DNA of 64,000 bases, taken from Limnochordia bacterium (GTDB taxonomy: Bacteria > Bacillota > Limnochordia > DTU080). Under the pieces are notes generated by a model. The model did not search any database and was not told the DNA's origin. It was given only the letters and a program-made list of their open reading frames with translations. The position numbers were made by a program, and so were the translations under genes. Shown piece after piece: positions 23,016 through 33,375 of the stretch (position 1 is the stretch's first letter; every line of letters starts with the position of its first letter). Location of the stretch: NCBI GenBank assembly GCA_050951545.1, contig JBMNJG010000009.1, positions 1 through 64,000 on the forward strand, read 5' to 3'.

Positions 23016-24087
23016 TTAGGCAATAAGACAATCCATGGACTCTGGCGGGCAGAGCCCACTGACATCACTGTAATGAGCCTCATTTAAGTAGATAAACCAA
23101 TCATCTGCGATAGTCCGCCCCGCGCGGATGCGCACTGACTCAAGCCAATCCCTTAGTGGATCATCACGCTGCGGGCGAAACACGCTGATTGCATGTGCAC
23201 GGGCCTTGGTGATCCAACTGGCAGTCAGGCCAGTATCCCGAACCTCCGCCGCCAAAGCGTGATAGGCATCAAGATCGTACGGTACGAGTACATTGATCGC
23301 ATCGGTATCGATGAGACGGTATAAACGTGATACATCAGGGAAGTGCTGGAGTCTACCCGCCTCAAGGATCTCCTTGCACAGAGTTTCCGGCGCGGCTAGG
23401 CCATACAGCATCATATAGTAGCGCCTGTACAGCTCTTCATCATTGATATCAAGCGCCTCGCGACCCAGTTCGCGAAACAAGGCCTCTGCCACTTTTGCAG
23501 CGCGTTCATACGCACCATCTGGGTACAACTGCCCCGGATCGTCCGGTACAAAAACCTGGACTCGACCTTCCACTTGTCTCCCATTACGGTTGCAGCGGCC
23601 AGCAGCCTGGGCAATACTCTCTAATGGTCCCCAAGCCCTGATGACGCTGGGGAAATCCACGTCAACCCCCGCCTCAACACATTGGGTGGAAATCAGCCTG
23701 CATGGCTTCCTATCCCGGAGTCGCCTTCGCACTTCATCTAGGACTCTATCCCTATGGGCTGGGCACATGTTGGTCGACAGATGGAAAACCGCACTGCTGT
23801 CTGCGAGCAAATTCGTGAGATGAAGCGCGTGTCGCTTCAGGTTCACGATGCATAGCACCTGCGCAGACCCGGCAACTTTCCCCGCTAACTCATCCCAAGA
23901 TAGGCGGGCCCCCGGTTCTGGCCAGGCAACTGCGGTGCGTCGAGCACGTGCAAACAGGTTAAGCCCTTTGGGAACGATCTCAACAGGCTGCCAACCATGG
24001 CCAAGGGCCTTGGATATCACTGGGTGAAGATGGTCAAAGGCGGGCTGTGTCGCAGTCGAGAAAACGACGCTGGCCCCATATCGTTCT
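23016..24087 (-). pseudogene. cas3: cas3 3' fragment (helicase motifs III-VI and C-terminal domain)
   Basis: YGASVVFSTATQPAF, LCIVN, STQCVEAGVDVDF and QAAGRCNRNG; continues the 5' fragment in frame once the IS is removed. Confidence 0.95.
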
Positions 24088-25782
24088 GTGTGTGTAAGAT
24101 GTTTACGGGTGGAGCCTGAGGGATCCGAGTAGGGCTAGTCTCTGGCTGCGGCCACGTGAGTCTGGGTTGAAGGATGCTCATGGATCGCGGGCAGTCTGGA
24201 ATACTTGGTGGAAAATAAAGGGAACGAGAAGCCCGATCTCCAAAGGAGATTTGAACGGAGGACTTCTCGTTATGGATAAGATTCGTGGCTGCCTTGGTTT
24301 CTCCTTTTCGGAGATTGAGACGCTGTTATTGGCTAGGTTGCGGGAGTTGCTTGCCGAAGGGCTGGAGACGATGCTGCAGCGTCTAGATGACTCTCTGTTC
24401 ACGATGCGGGACTCGGAGCGCTTCAAGGTCAAGAAGCACGAGGAGCGCACGGTAGAAACGGCGATAGGCCAGAGTGTGCGCTTTCGCCGGCGGCAGTACT
24501 TTGACTGCAAGAAGAACAAGTACGTGTTCCTGCTGGATGAGGCGCTCAGCCTAGAGCCCTACAAGCAGATCAGCCCGCTGTTGGCAGAAACGCTCCTGGA
24601 GATGGCCGTTAACACCTCGGCCTACCGGAAGGCGGCTGATAGCCTGGAGGCGATTCAGGGGCATCGGGTCGTCAGCCACGAGACGGTGCGTCAGAGGGTC
24701 CTAGAGGCTGGTGAGCGTCTACAGGATGCCCAGGATGCAGAACTGGCCGATCCATGCGGAAAGGGTCGTGTGCCCGTCCTGTTCCTTGAGGTAGACGGGT
24801 TGTGGGTTCACCTTCAGCAGCAGCAGCGGAAGTCAACTGAAGAGAAGATGCTGACGGTGCATGAGGGTTGGCAGCCACGTTACTCGGAGGGAAAGTCTGG
24901 TGGCTACGAACTGCTAGAGAAACGGCAGTACAGAAGCCAAAGTGGGCAGTCAGAAGGCTTCTGGGAAAAGGCCAGCCGGTTTGTCTATAGCCACTATGAC
25001 ATTGACGATGACACGGTTGTGGTGATCAACGGTGACCGTGCGAACTGGATCCGTAAAGGGACGGAGTACTTCCCGAAGGCTTTGTACCAGATCGATCGAT
25101 TCCACTTGAAGCGAGATATACTTAGGCTGTTCCGAGCGCACTCACAAGAGCTTTCTGAGATCATGGGAGCGCTCGAAGACGAAGAGGATCTCACTGGTGG
25201 TGCGTTCTTGGCCCGCCTGGAGCAGGGGTTGAAGAAGCTTGGCGGAAAAGGTCGTCGGGAATGTGAAGCGTTACTCAAGGACCTGACGAGCATGCCCGAG
25301 GCGACCGTAGACTACCGGCATCGCTTGGCGGCTCAAGGAGTAGACACGACGAACATGCGCGGTCTTGGAGCAGCGGAGAGCCAGGCAGATGGCTTTGCCG
25401 ACCGTGTGAAGGGACGTGGACGCAGCTGGAGCCCTACAGGCCTGTCGGCGATGATGGAGCTGCTATGTTGGTGGAAAACAGATCGTCTGCACGAGGTAAC
25501 CGCCCGCCTTCGGGATTGGCTACGCAGCGTTGACGAAAAGCTGGATCTGGGTTCAAGCCTAGCACTGGAGGCAGTGAATGACGTTCTAGCAGCCGTGGCA
25601 GGAGGCACTTCCACGCTTACGGCCAGCGTGCCGATCGCCGGGTACGGCAAGACGGGCTCAGGCGGCATGTCCTGTCTCATGAATCGTATCGTTGGGGGTG
25701 GCTTAGCTTCGGTAGCAAGCTAGGCAACACAAAAACTGCATACGGGGATCGGGTGCGTCGCCCGTAACCTCTTGACACAGAC
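24088..25782 (+). mobile_element. ISLre2-family insertion sequence, 1695 bp, with 9-bp target-site duplication
   Basis: TSD TATCGTTCT at 24079-24087 and 25783-25791; imperfect 22-bp terminal inverted repeats GTGTGTGTAAGATGTTTACGGG / GTCTGTGTCAAGAGGTTACGGG (16/22 ungapped). Confidence 0.93.
24272..25723 (+). CDS. ISLre2-family (UPF0236) transposase
   Basis: LFLEVDG, VINGDRANWI, IDRFHL and GAAES..F.DRVKGRGRSWS motifs; ATG after GGAGG. Confidence 0.9.
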   Translation: MDKIRGCLGFSFSEIETLLLARLRELLAEGLETMLQRLDDSLFTMRDSERFKVKKHEERTVETAIGQSVRFRRRQYFDCKKNKYVFLLDEALSLEPYKQISPLLAETLLEMAVNTSAYRKAADSLEAIQGHRVVSHETVRQRVLEAGERLQDAQDAELADPCGKGRVPVLFLEVDGLWVHLQQQQRKSTEEKMLTVHEGWQPRYSEGKSGGYELLEKRQYRSQSGQSEGFWEKASRFVYSHYDIDDDTVVVINGDRANWIRKGTEYFPKALYQIDRFHLKRDILRLFRAHSQELSEIMGALEDEEDLTGGAFLARLEQGLKKLGGKGRRECEALLKDLTSMPEATVDYRHRLAAQGVDTTNMRGLGAAESQADGFADRVKGRGRSWSPTGLSAMMELLCWWKTDRLHEVTARLRDWLRSVDEKLDLGSSLALEAVNDVLAAVAGGTSTLTASVPIAGYGKTGSGGMSCLMNRIVGGGLASVAS

Positions 25783-27014
25783 TATCGTTCTGACAGCCTT
25801 GACAGTGTACCCAGGGTTGGCACGATGAGGCGGAGCGGGAGTGTCTGAACCTCATCAAACAGGATCACGCTCCTAGCAAGTCTGTGCAGCTTACGGCAGG
25901 CTGCGGGCCTATTCGCGAACAGCGACTCCAGGAACTGCACGCTGGTGGTGACCACAATGGGGGCATCCCAGTTCTCTGCAAGCAACCGCTCTTGGTTCAT
26001 CGCTGCGTCTTTCGCAGTGAGGCTACCCTCTACTCTGCCGAGACCAGCCAGCGAGTGGTGCTCAAGCACGTACCTCCGCAACCAGAGAGAACCACCCATT
26101 TCCCTGAATGCCTCACGGTAGGCCTTCACAGACTGGTCGATGATCGAGAGATAGGGGATAACCGCGACGACGCGCCTCAGATTGTGCTGCGCCGCGTGCT
26201 TAAGGGCAAAGGCCATCATGGACAGTGTTTTGCCAGCCCCTGTTGGGGCCGTCAGAGTGAATAACCCGGGACCTTGATTCGCTGCGTCCAGACAAGATGT
26301 CAACAGATCGGCCCGCAAGGCATCTACAGATTGGGCCGCCGAGGAGCCTTGGGCCAACCTCCCAATATGCGTGAGCAGGGCAGCAAGGGCTCTAGATGGC
26401 TCAAGGCTCGGCCCACGCTGACGGTAGTTCTTCGCGTCGGGCGTCAGTGCCTGAAAGTGAGCCTCAGTCTCAAGAAAGTCAGCATCCACCAAAGCAGAGA
26501 AGAGCATTCGCACGTCAAGCATATCCGCCAGGTTCCTTCTAGGTGACCATTCATATATGGACCTCTCAAGAGTGGGCATCTTGAGCCCATCAGACGCAAA
26601 CTCTGACATGAGCGCCTCCACATCTGGATCGGACAGCCGCAAGCCAAGAGGGTGATTCTTTGCGAGCCACCGAGGGTCAAGCTCCCGTAAAGCACTTGCA
26701 GAGGCCTGCTGCAAACCGATGTGATGCCCCTGAATCGCTAGTGCAGCAGCGATGCCTTCCTTCTTAAGTAGCTGCAAAGCAACCCAGGCACCCGTCGACC
26801 AATGATCCACCTTGCTGGCCTTTCCCTTCAGCCTTTCAACAAACGGCGGCCCGTACTTCCCAAAGTCATGGCTGAGACCTGCTGCTCGGGCCTCCTGGCC
26901 AGCATCAAAGACTGATGCAAACTCGGCGGCGAGCTCAGCGACACTGGTCAGATGCTCGGCCAAGCGATCCTGCCGCCCTGAAAGGCTAGGCGAATGGGCG
27001 AGCGCTCCGCTCAA
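25782..27014 (-). pseudogene. cas3: cas3 5' fragment (HD nuclease plus helicase motifs I-II)
   Basis: LAEHL, SHDFGK, GHHIGL, LVDADF, APTGAGKT and FDEVQ; ends at a TAG formed at the IS junction. Confidence 0.95.
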
Positions 27015-27261
27015 AGAGGTCAGCTCCTTCGGATTCCATGTGCATTCACTGCTTAATTTGGTTCGCCATAGACCACTCTCGTACCTTCCCGAATGGCTGT
27101 ATTATATTGCATGATATAACAGAAATGATCTGGGTGGTGTGGAGAGCGGGACAACACCGTGTTTCGCCCGCCCCAAGCAACCCTTAGCTCGCGGCAATAC
27201 AAGGAATCCACCCCCATGTGGAGAATATTCCAGACACCGTCCCAATAAGGAGGTGCCTTTA

Positions 27262-27567
27262 GTGGCCAGCCTACACTACGATATAAGTGTGCGAATCGAA
27301 CCGGAGAACCCCGTCCCTGGAGGGTGGGTGGATGTTGTTGCTGAGCTAAGGAACGTCACTGGAGAGATACGTAGTGTACAGGTGAGTATTGCGGAGCACG
27401 ATTACTTTCTGACGCTTCAGCCGCGCGGCGAAAACACGTTCACTACTCGTGCTTTTGTTCCCTGGGAAGCCGATCCCGGGCAATACGTAGCCACAGTATG
27501 GGGGGTCAGCACCTCGGGTGATCCAGGCCCCCGTCTACGAGTGCCAGTTCACGTCAAGGCGCGCTAG
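27262..27567 (+). CDS. Small hypothetical protein, Ig-like beta-sandwich
   Basis: AAGGAGGTG RBS before GTG; 101 aa of alternating beta-strand pattern (VPWEADPGQYVATVW). Confidence 0.65.
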   Translation: MASLHYDISVRIEPENPVPGGWVDVVAELRNVTGEIRSVQVSIAEHDYFLTLQPRGENTFTTRAFVPWEADPGQYVATVWGVSTSGDPGPRLRVPVHVKAR

Positions 27568-27664
27568 CTGTTGATAGCAGAGAGCGATTGTGTGGGCGGA
27601 GATCGAGTAGGGGGGCGCTGCACTATGTGGTGCAGCGCCCTCGCTCTCACCGAAGGCGAGCGAA

Positions 27665-28660
27665 CTACACCCCGGCCTCCTCCCGCAAGCTGGTCACATC
27701 AAACTCGGCCAGGTAGATGCTGGCGGGACGCGGCACCTCAGCGCTCGGAGACTCGTCGTGGCTGCTATAGTAGCTCATCCATACACGACTACCCTCTCGT
27801 ACGATGCCCGGGTAGGAGGTATCGCCACCGCTTGGTACGGCGTAAAGCCGTGTAAGCCGGTTGCCGTCACAAAAAAAGATGGCCGTATGCGTTTCGTCAT
27901 CGTCGTGTACCCGACCGGCTACCAGATACCCATCTGGTAGCCGGTGAAGTGCAAACCCCTGCACCACCTGGTCAAGCTCTTGCGCTACCCAATGTACATA
28001 GGGGGGCCCCGCCTTGGCCAATACGGGGCGGCCGCTGGAGGCCGGCGGGTCCAGGCGCTGCCCATCGTTACGCACCAGCACTGCGGCGACACCATCGTCT
28101 TCCATCACCATTGCTGACTCGTTGGCCCAGGGCACATCGTGCACTACGGAGACGAACCGCCAGCCGAGCCCATCATCAGAGCGGTATAACACACTGCGGA
28201 TATCCTTCTTATTCCCATGATACCGGTAGCCGCTGGCGTAGAAACCACCTGCGTGCTGCACTGGCCACCAGATCACCATGTTATCTTCGGCCACAGCTCT
28301 CTCAAACGGGGTAAACGCATCGCCGTCCTCAGTGTAGCAGACGAACGCATCCCGGCGCTCGGCATCGCGATAGCCAAAGCTGTGCACGTAAAGACGCTCT
28401 GTGGTGGCCAGCAATTTCGGGTCACGCATGTCCAAACCAGGTGAAGAAAGCAGAGCTGCCTGATCCCATGATTGCCCACCGTCTCCTGAACGCAAGATCC
28501 TTATCTCACCATCTGGATAGCCGGGCTTCACGTGCCGTGTCCCTGAACGGAACGCCAGATACAGCTGCCCTTGCCAATTGACCAGTGAAGTAAACGCGTT
28601 GTGTCTTCCATCCGCATAGACCTTCTGCACCTTCACCGCAGTGGACCCCCCTCTTGGCAT
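27665..28660 (-). CDS. Sialidase-like/BNR-repeat beta-propeller protein
   Basis: HNAFTSL, RSGDGGQSW and RSDDGLGW Asp-boxes, DMRDPKL, SGGDTSYPG, SYYSSH. Confidence 0.8.
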   Translation of the reverse strand: MPRGGSTAVKVQKVYADGRHNAFTSLVNWQGQLYLAFRSGTRHVKPGYPDGEIRILRSGDGGQSWDQAALLSSPGLDMRDPKLLATTERLYVHSFGYRDAERRDAFVCYTEDGDAFTPFERAVAEDNMVIWWPVQHAGGFYASGYRYHGNKKDIRSVLYRSDDGLGWRFVSVVHDVPWANESAMVMEDDGVAAVLVRNDGQRLDPPASSGRPVLAKAGPPYVHWVAQELDQVVQGFALHRLPDGYLVAGRVHDDDETHTAIFFCDGNRLTRLYAVPSGGDTSYPGIVREGSRVWMSYYSSHDESPSAEVPRPASIYLAEFDVTSLREEAGV

Positions 28661-28686
28661 CTGACCCTTGCCAGTTAGACGCCTTT

Positions 28687-28701
28687 TTCCGATAGATGGA
28701 A
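28687..28701. promoter_or_regulatory. Putative IclR-type operator, copy 1 (TTCC-N7-GGAA)
   Basis: TTCCGATAGATGGAA; flanks (ttt...ct) shared with copy 2. Confidence 0.55.
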
Positions 28702-28850
28702 CTTCATCCCGATATTCGTCAACACTAGACAGGCATCCTGCTCAAAGGCATGTCCCTTCGCAACGTTGGTTATGCGTTTTTCCACGTCACAACGCAGGAA
28801 TTATCCTGATAGGTAGAGAAAACTGAGGCGCATACCAAAACGGATGGTTT

Positions 28851-28865
28851 TTCCGTCATACGGAA
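28851..28865. promoter_or_regulatory. Putative IclR-type operator, copy 2 (TTCCG-N5-CGGAA)
   Basis: TTCCGTCATACGGAA upstream of the SBP-IclR-esterase operon. Confidence 0.6.
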
Positions 28866-29026
28866 CTCAGCAGCAAGGTGGTGGTACATGCAGAGCCTGT
28901 TTGATCCCCTGGAAGAACGTCTCAGTGGCCCCTACTCTACCGAGAGCAGAACGGCTGCGTCAGGGCTAGGGGGGCCTGGCCGGGGTGAGACCATGGTGCG
29001 GCCGTATGTTAGGAGGTCGATGAGCC

Positions 29027-30316
29027 ATGCAGCTCCTACGTAGGAACGCCTTGTGCATCACAGTCCTGGCTCTGCTGCTCATGCAGGGATATGCCTGGGC
29101 GGCCAAGCCGATTGTCGTCCGCTTGTGGAACAGCGATACCTATAGGAACGAGGGCCTGCGTCCCCTGGTGGAGGAGTTCAACGCCACCCACATTGACATT
29201 CGGATAGAGTTAGAAGAGAAAAGCGGCGAAGCCAACAGCCTAATCCCGGCCGTAGTGGGCGGTGCCGGGCCCAACGTGATCGTGGGCGCCTCCACCTGGG
29301 ATCGGGACTACTACGATCAAGGCATCCTCGCTGATCTGAGGGGGTATGTACTGCGAGACAGGTTCAGCCTTGCCGAATACTTCCCATCCACGCTGGAGTT
29401 CGGAAGCCTGCCCTCAGGTGAGTTATTCTCGCTGCCCCTGGACTCTCAGATCATCGTAATGTACTACAATCCACAGGTCCTTGGTGCAGCTGGCTTGGTG
29501 CAGCCCTCCCAAGGATGGAGTAACGCCGATTTCCTAGCCATGACTGGCAAACTACGCCGACGGGAGTCCGACGGTACCATCACCCAACATGCCGTGGTCG
29601 GCCGCCACCCCAATCACGTGGGCATGTACTTCATGGGACAAAACCGCAGTTACGTAGTAGACCTCTCCCGCGGTGTTGAATCCACAGTGCGCACACCGGG
29701 GTTTCGAGCTGCCTACGCGCTCATAGGCGACCTCATAGGTGAAGATCGCCTGCGTATCCAGGGTGTGCACTCTGGAGTGGACATGAGTCTGTTCACGAAT
29801 GGTAAGGCTGGCTTCTACATGGACGGCAACTTCCGGCTGCTTGACCTCACCGAGGCCATGGATGGCGTATCCGCAGCTCCCTTGCTTGTGCCCAGCTCAG
29901 GCGAATCCCCTGGGGCCTACCTATGGACACGAACCCTAGCTCTGGTTAAGTCGGGGGATGACAAGACAGATGAGGCAGCATGGCAGGTGATCAAATACCT
30001 CTCTTCCGCCGACGCCTTGGCCCGCTATGCCGTTGGAGCCCGGTTACTACCGGTAGCCAGATCATCTATTGCGCATCCGAAGTTCCGGGAGTATGTACGA
30101 AGCTATGGCGCCAGTATCGACATGATGGCCAACGTCTACCTACCAGCAGGTTCGGGGCTTACCGAGATGGCGGCGCCTCGCGCTGGTGACATCCGGGGTC
30201 CTTGGGGGTCGTTGCAGACCCGCTTTATGAGGGGGGAGATACCCCTGAGCACCTTCATAGAGGAGTTGGCCACTCAGGTGGAGAGAGTGGTACAGGAGGT
30301 CACAGCCCGAGAGTAG
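29027..30316 (+). CDS. ABC transporter sugar-binding protein (family 1)
   Basis: Signal peptide; VEEFNATH, MYYNPQVL..AGL, AAWQVIKYL; AGGAGG RBS. Confidence 0.85.
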   Translation: MQLLRRNALCITVLALLLMQGYAWAAKPIVVRLWNSDTYRNEGLRPLVEEFNATHIDIRIELEEKSGEANSLIPAVVGGAGPNVIVGASTWDRDYYDQGILADLRGYVLRDRFSLAEYFPSTLEFGSLPSGELFSLPLDSQIIVMYYNPQVLGAAGLVQPSQGWSNADFLAMTGKLRRRESDGTITQHAVVGRHPNHVGMYFMGQNRSYVVDLSRGVESTVRTPGFRAAYALIGDLIGEDRLRIQGVHSGVDMSLFTNGKAGFYMDGNFRLLDLTEAMDGVSAAPLLVPSSGESPGAYLWTRTLALVKSGDDKTDEAAWQVIKYLSSADALARYAVGARLLPVARSSIAHPKFREYVRSYGASIDMMANVYLPAGSGLTEMAAPRAGDIRGPWGSLQTRFMRGEIPLSTFIEELATQVERVVQEVTARE

Positions 30317-30443
30317 CTTAAGCTTCCACAACCACCGGGCAGGGCTCTGGCTCACCAAGCTAGTGGCTCTGCCTGGTAGTTCGATGACACGAACTGCGAT
30401 GGATTCGCTCGTCTTAGGAAGAGAGATGGAGGATGTACCTGCA

Positions 30444-31232
30444 ATGAGTCAACCGGAGTCAGCGACGGTCAAAGCGGGTCGCCGTATGATGGCCGTTCTA
30501 GACTACATCGCCCGCGCCGATGGAGAAGTGGGCGTCAGCGACATCAGTCGAGACCTTGATCTGGCCCCCAGCACAGCCCACCGGCTGCTGGCAACCCTGG
30601 TGGCGGGAGGACTGGTGCAGCAAGACAGCAATCGCAAGTACCGACTTGGTGTGAAACTAATCGCCCTGGGTCACGCCGCGCAAGAGCGCCTGGATCTGCG
30701 GGCAGAGGCCCTAGAGGCTATGCGGGAGCTGGCACACCGGACGCATACCGAGGTCAATCTGGCCCAGCTGGACGAGGGCGATGTCCTCTACATTGAGAAG
30801 GTAACGGATGCGGCACCATTTGCCCTGACCATCCGCGTAGGGCAGCGACGGCCTGCCTACTGCCGCGCGTTGGGCAAGGTACTGCTCGCCCACCTGCCCC
30901 ACGACGAAGTGCAGAAGAGGGTGGGTACATCCCCGCCCCGGCGGACGCCCCAGACCATAACCGATCTCGACGCCCTCATGGCTCATCTGGCTGGCGTTCG
31001 GGATAGAGGCTACGCAGTGGATCGCGAGGAATCTGAGACAGGCTGGATCTGTCTCGCGGCTCCGGTGCGAGATGCCACAGGGCAAGTGGTGGCAGCATTG
31101 AGTGCTTCTGGTCCCGCCTCTCAGATGCTGGCTATCTCTGAGGCAGAGATAGCGCGCCAAGTGAACGCCGCAGCCGATCAGATCTCCTGGCGACTTGGTT
31201 ACCGGGACGCGGCAGAGGCGAGATCCTCATGA
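30444..31232 (+). CDS. IclR family transcriptional regulator
   Basis: HTH (VSDISRDLDLAPSTAHRLLATL), PAYCRALGKVLLA, GYAVDREE..G..CLAAPV. Confidence 0.93.
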   Translation: MSQPESATVKAGRRMMAVLDYIARADGEVGVSDISRDLDLAPSTAHRLLATLVAGGLVQQDSNRKYRLGVKLIALGHAAQERLDLRAEALEAMRELAHRTHTEVNLAQLDEGDVLYIEKVTDAAPFALTIRVGQRRPAYCRALGKVLLAHLPHDEVQKRVGTSPPRRTPQTITDLDALMAHLAGVRDRGYAVDREESETGWICLAAPVRDATGQVVAALSASGPASQMLAISEAEIARQVNAAADQISWRLGYRDAAEARSS

Positions 31233-32167
31233 ACGTGGCCGTGACTATCCCTCCGGATTTTGACCAGTTCTGGGCTGCTACGCTGCGCGAAGTCCTATCA
31301 ACGCCAATTGCAGACACCTGCGAGGCGGACCCCGCGTGGAGCTCCTCTCAGGTTGTTGTAGAACACGTGACGCTCGCCAGTCTGGGCCAGGCTCGGGTCC
31401 ATGGCTGGTTATTCACGCCCAGCAAAGCCCGACACGGTGCTCTTTTATACCTTCCCGGCTATAGCACATCAACTCATACAGAGCTTCTGATGCGTATATA
31501 CCAGCAGATGGCAGCCTTTGGTTTCGTACTGCTAGGCCTCGACCCTAGAGGGCAAGGGGCCAGCAGAGCAGCCCATCCACCCGTTCCCGAAGGAAAGCTG
31601 CTCACCGGGATCACCTCACCTCAAGAGCACATCTACCGCGGCATCTTGGCCGACTGCGTGCAGGGTGCCCGCTATCTGATAAATCGGGCTGGTGTGTCCC
31701 GTGTAGGCGTGGGCGGGCACTCCCAAGGGGGCGGCCTGGCGCTGATGACCGCCAGCCTCGCCCCCAACTTGGTAGGGTCGGTCACGGCGATGATACCTTT
31801 TCTTACGCACTACCGCCTGCATGCAGCCAGGCGCCATGCCATAGGGCCATACTCGGAGATCACCGCTTACCTGCAGACTCACCCAGAAGAAGAGGAACCC
31901 TTACTGCACGTGCTTAGCTACTTTGATACCATGGCGCATGCGGGGCGTATCACGGCACCCACACTTCTCAGCATGGGGCTGGCCGATACCACCTGCCCTC
32001 CGGAAAGCGTGCTAGCCCTGCATCAGGCTATCCCGGGAATGAGAGCACTCATCACATTCCCCGAGACCGGCCACACCAACTCCCCGCACTTCTATCATCA
32101 CATAGTGCAGTGGCACCGGCGATACCTCTCATCGGCGGCTATAGCCCTGGAAGACCTACAGCTTTAG
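31229..32167 (+). CDS. Acetylxylan esterase / cephalosporin-C deacetylase (CE7)
   Basis: PPDFDQFW, RGQG, GHSQGGG, LSYFD and GLADTTCPP motifs. Confidence 0.9.
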   Translation: MNVAVTIPPDFDQFWAATLREVLSTPIADTCEADPAWSSSQVVVEHVTLASLGQARVHGWLFTPSKARHGALLYLPGYSTSTHTELLMRIYQQMAAFGFVLLGLDPRGQGASRAAHPPVPEGKLLTGITSPQEHIYRGILADCVQGARYLINRAGVSRVGVGGHSQGGGLALMTASLAPNLVGSVTAMIPFLTHYRLHAARRHAIGPYSEITAYLQTHPEEEEPLLHVLSYFDTMAHAGRITAPTLLSMGLADTTCPPESVLALHQAIPGMRALITFPETGHTNSPHFYHHIVQWHRRYLSSAAIALEDLQL

Positions 32168-32279
32168 CTGACGCGCCCCTGCCGCCGCGCCCTGCTCCAG
32201 CACAACCCTCGGTGCATAAAATGGGCGCCCGTCTTTCTTTCGCGGACGCCCAGACTCTTTCCCCGGGCGCCTATCAGAT

Positions 32280-33137
32280 CTACGAGGCTTGGTCAGCCAC
32301 GTACTGGGCCAGTAACCTCCTCCAGCACTCACCGAGATCAGAGGGTGTCCTGATCTCAGCGCCCTTTTTGCGCCCTACCTCAAACATAAACGGCCCTGGG
32401 TAGCCCCCTTCAGCCAGTGCGCCGATCACCGCACTCCAGCTGATCGTCCCCTCGCCCGGCAGCCAGTGCCGCTCATCTACTCCATCATAGTCCGACATAT
32501 GCACCGTATAGATGCGCCCACTCAGCTTCGTAGCAAACTCCTCAGACGGTTCCTGCAGAGGATGATTGGCATCCAAGCAAGCTCCGACGCCATCTAGACT
32601 GGCCAGCAGCTCAAGCATTTCGCCACTGGTGTTGCACAGACACGTTCGCGGTAGACACTCCACCGCTAGCTTGATGCCGTAGCTATGCGCTGCCTGGGCC
32701 ACCTGTTGCAGCGACTGCCTGGAGCGCTCCAGATAGTCTTGGCGTTCCTCATCTGGTATGGGTTCGGTACTTGGATGAATGACCGCTACTTCTGCCCCCC
32801 ATCCAGTGCCTATCTGCAGAAAACGCTCCATGCTCGCTACAGCTTTCTCGGCAACCTCGCTATCAGGCGCGGCCAAGTCCCACTGGCGACCGAAAGGAAG
32901 ATGCACTGACCATAGACGCAGCCCACTCTCCTTGATGCGCGCCACCCGCGCTGCCAGAACCTCCATGGCGGAAGGCTGACTGGCATCCACCCCTGCTCCG
33001 AACATCGTCAGCTCAATGCACTGCAGACCCGCATCCCGACACATAGCGAGATCCTCGCGTGTGCATTCACCAAGCATAGACGTCGATGTGCCCACCTGCC
33101 ATGTCCCCGGCGAGCTCTTGGCAATACAACTGTTCAT
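32280..33137 (-). CDS. Sugar phosphate isomerase/epimerase
   Basis: WSVHLPF, AVECLPRT, LDANH, HMSDYDGVDERHWLPGEG. Confidence 0.88.
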   Translation of the reverse strand: MNSCIAKSSPGTWQVGTSTSMLGECTREDLAMCRDAGLQCIELTMFGAGVDASQPSAMEVLAARVARIKESGLRLWSVHLPFGRQWDLAAPDSEVAEKAVASMERFLQIGTGWGAEVAVIHPSTEPIPDEERQDYLERSRQSLQQVAQAAHSYGIKLAVECLPRTCLCNTSGEMLELLASLDGVGACLDANHPLQEPSEEFATKLSGRIYTVHMSDYDGVDERHWLPGEGTISWSAVIGALAEGGYPGPFMFEVGRKKGAEIRTPSDLGECWRRLLAQYVADQAS

Positions 33138-33375
33138 CTACATTGATACCTGCCCTTCCTGCATCTATGGAGTCTCTTGTTACGATGCTTCGCCTCGCCT
33201 GCGCTGCGGACCTTTACAGGTGAGCGACTCTTGGCCTTCGGTGATATCTCGTGGCGAGTGATCCAGTGTCCCTTCGCTAAAGTGATCGCGCATGCTAGCC
33301 TTCACACGGCATAGTACGGTATAGTAGAAGCGTTCGTATAGACCGCGCCCTGTCGCGGCAAGGCGGTGTCTGCCT

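Noticed and set aside
27205-27222. AATCCACCCCCATGTGG upstream of cas3 resembling a degenerate CRISPR repeat (CreA/mini-array idea)
   Set aside because: No hairpin, no second repeat, and it is better explained as the spacer region of a sigma-H-like promoter.
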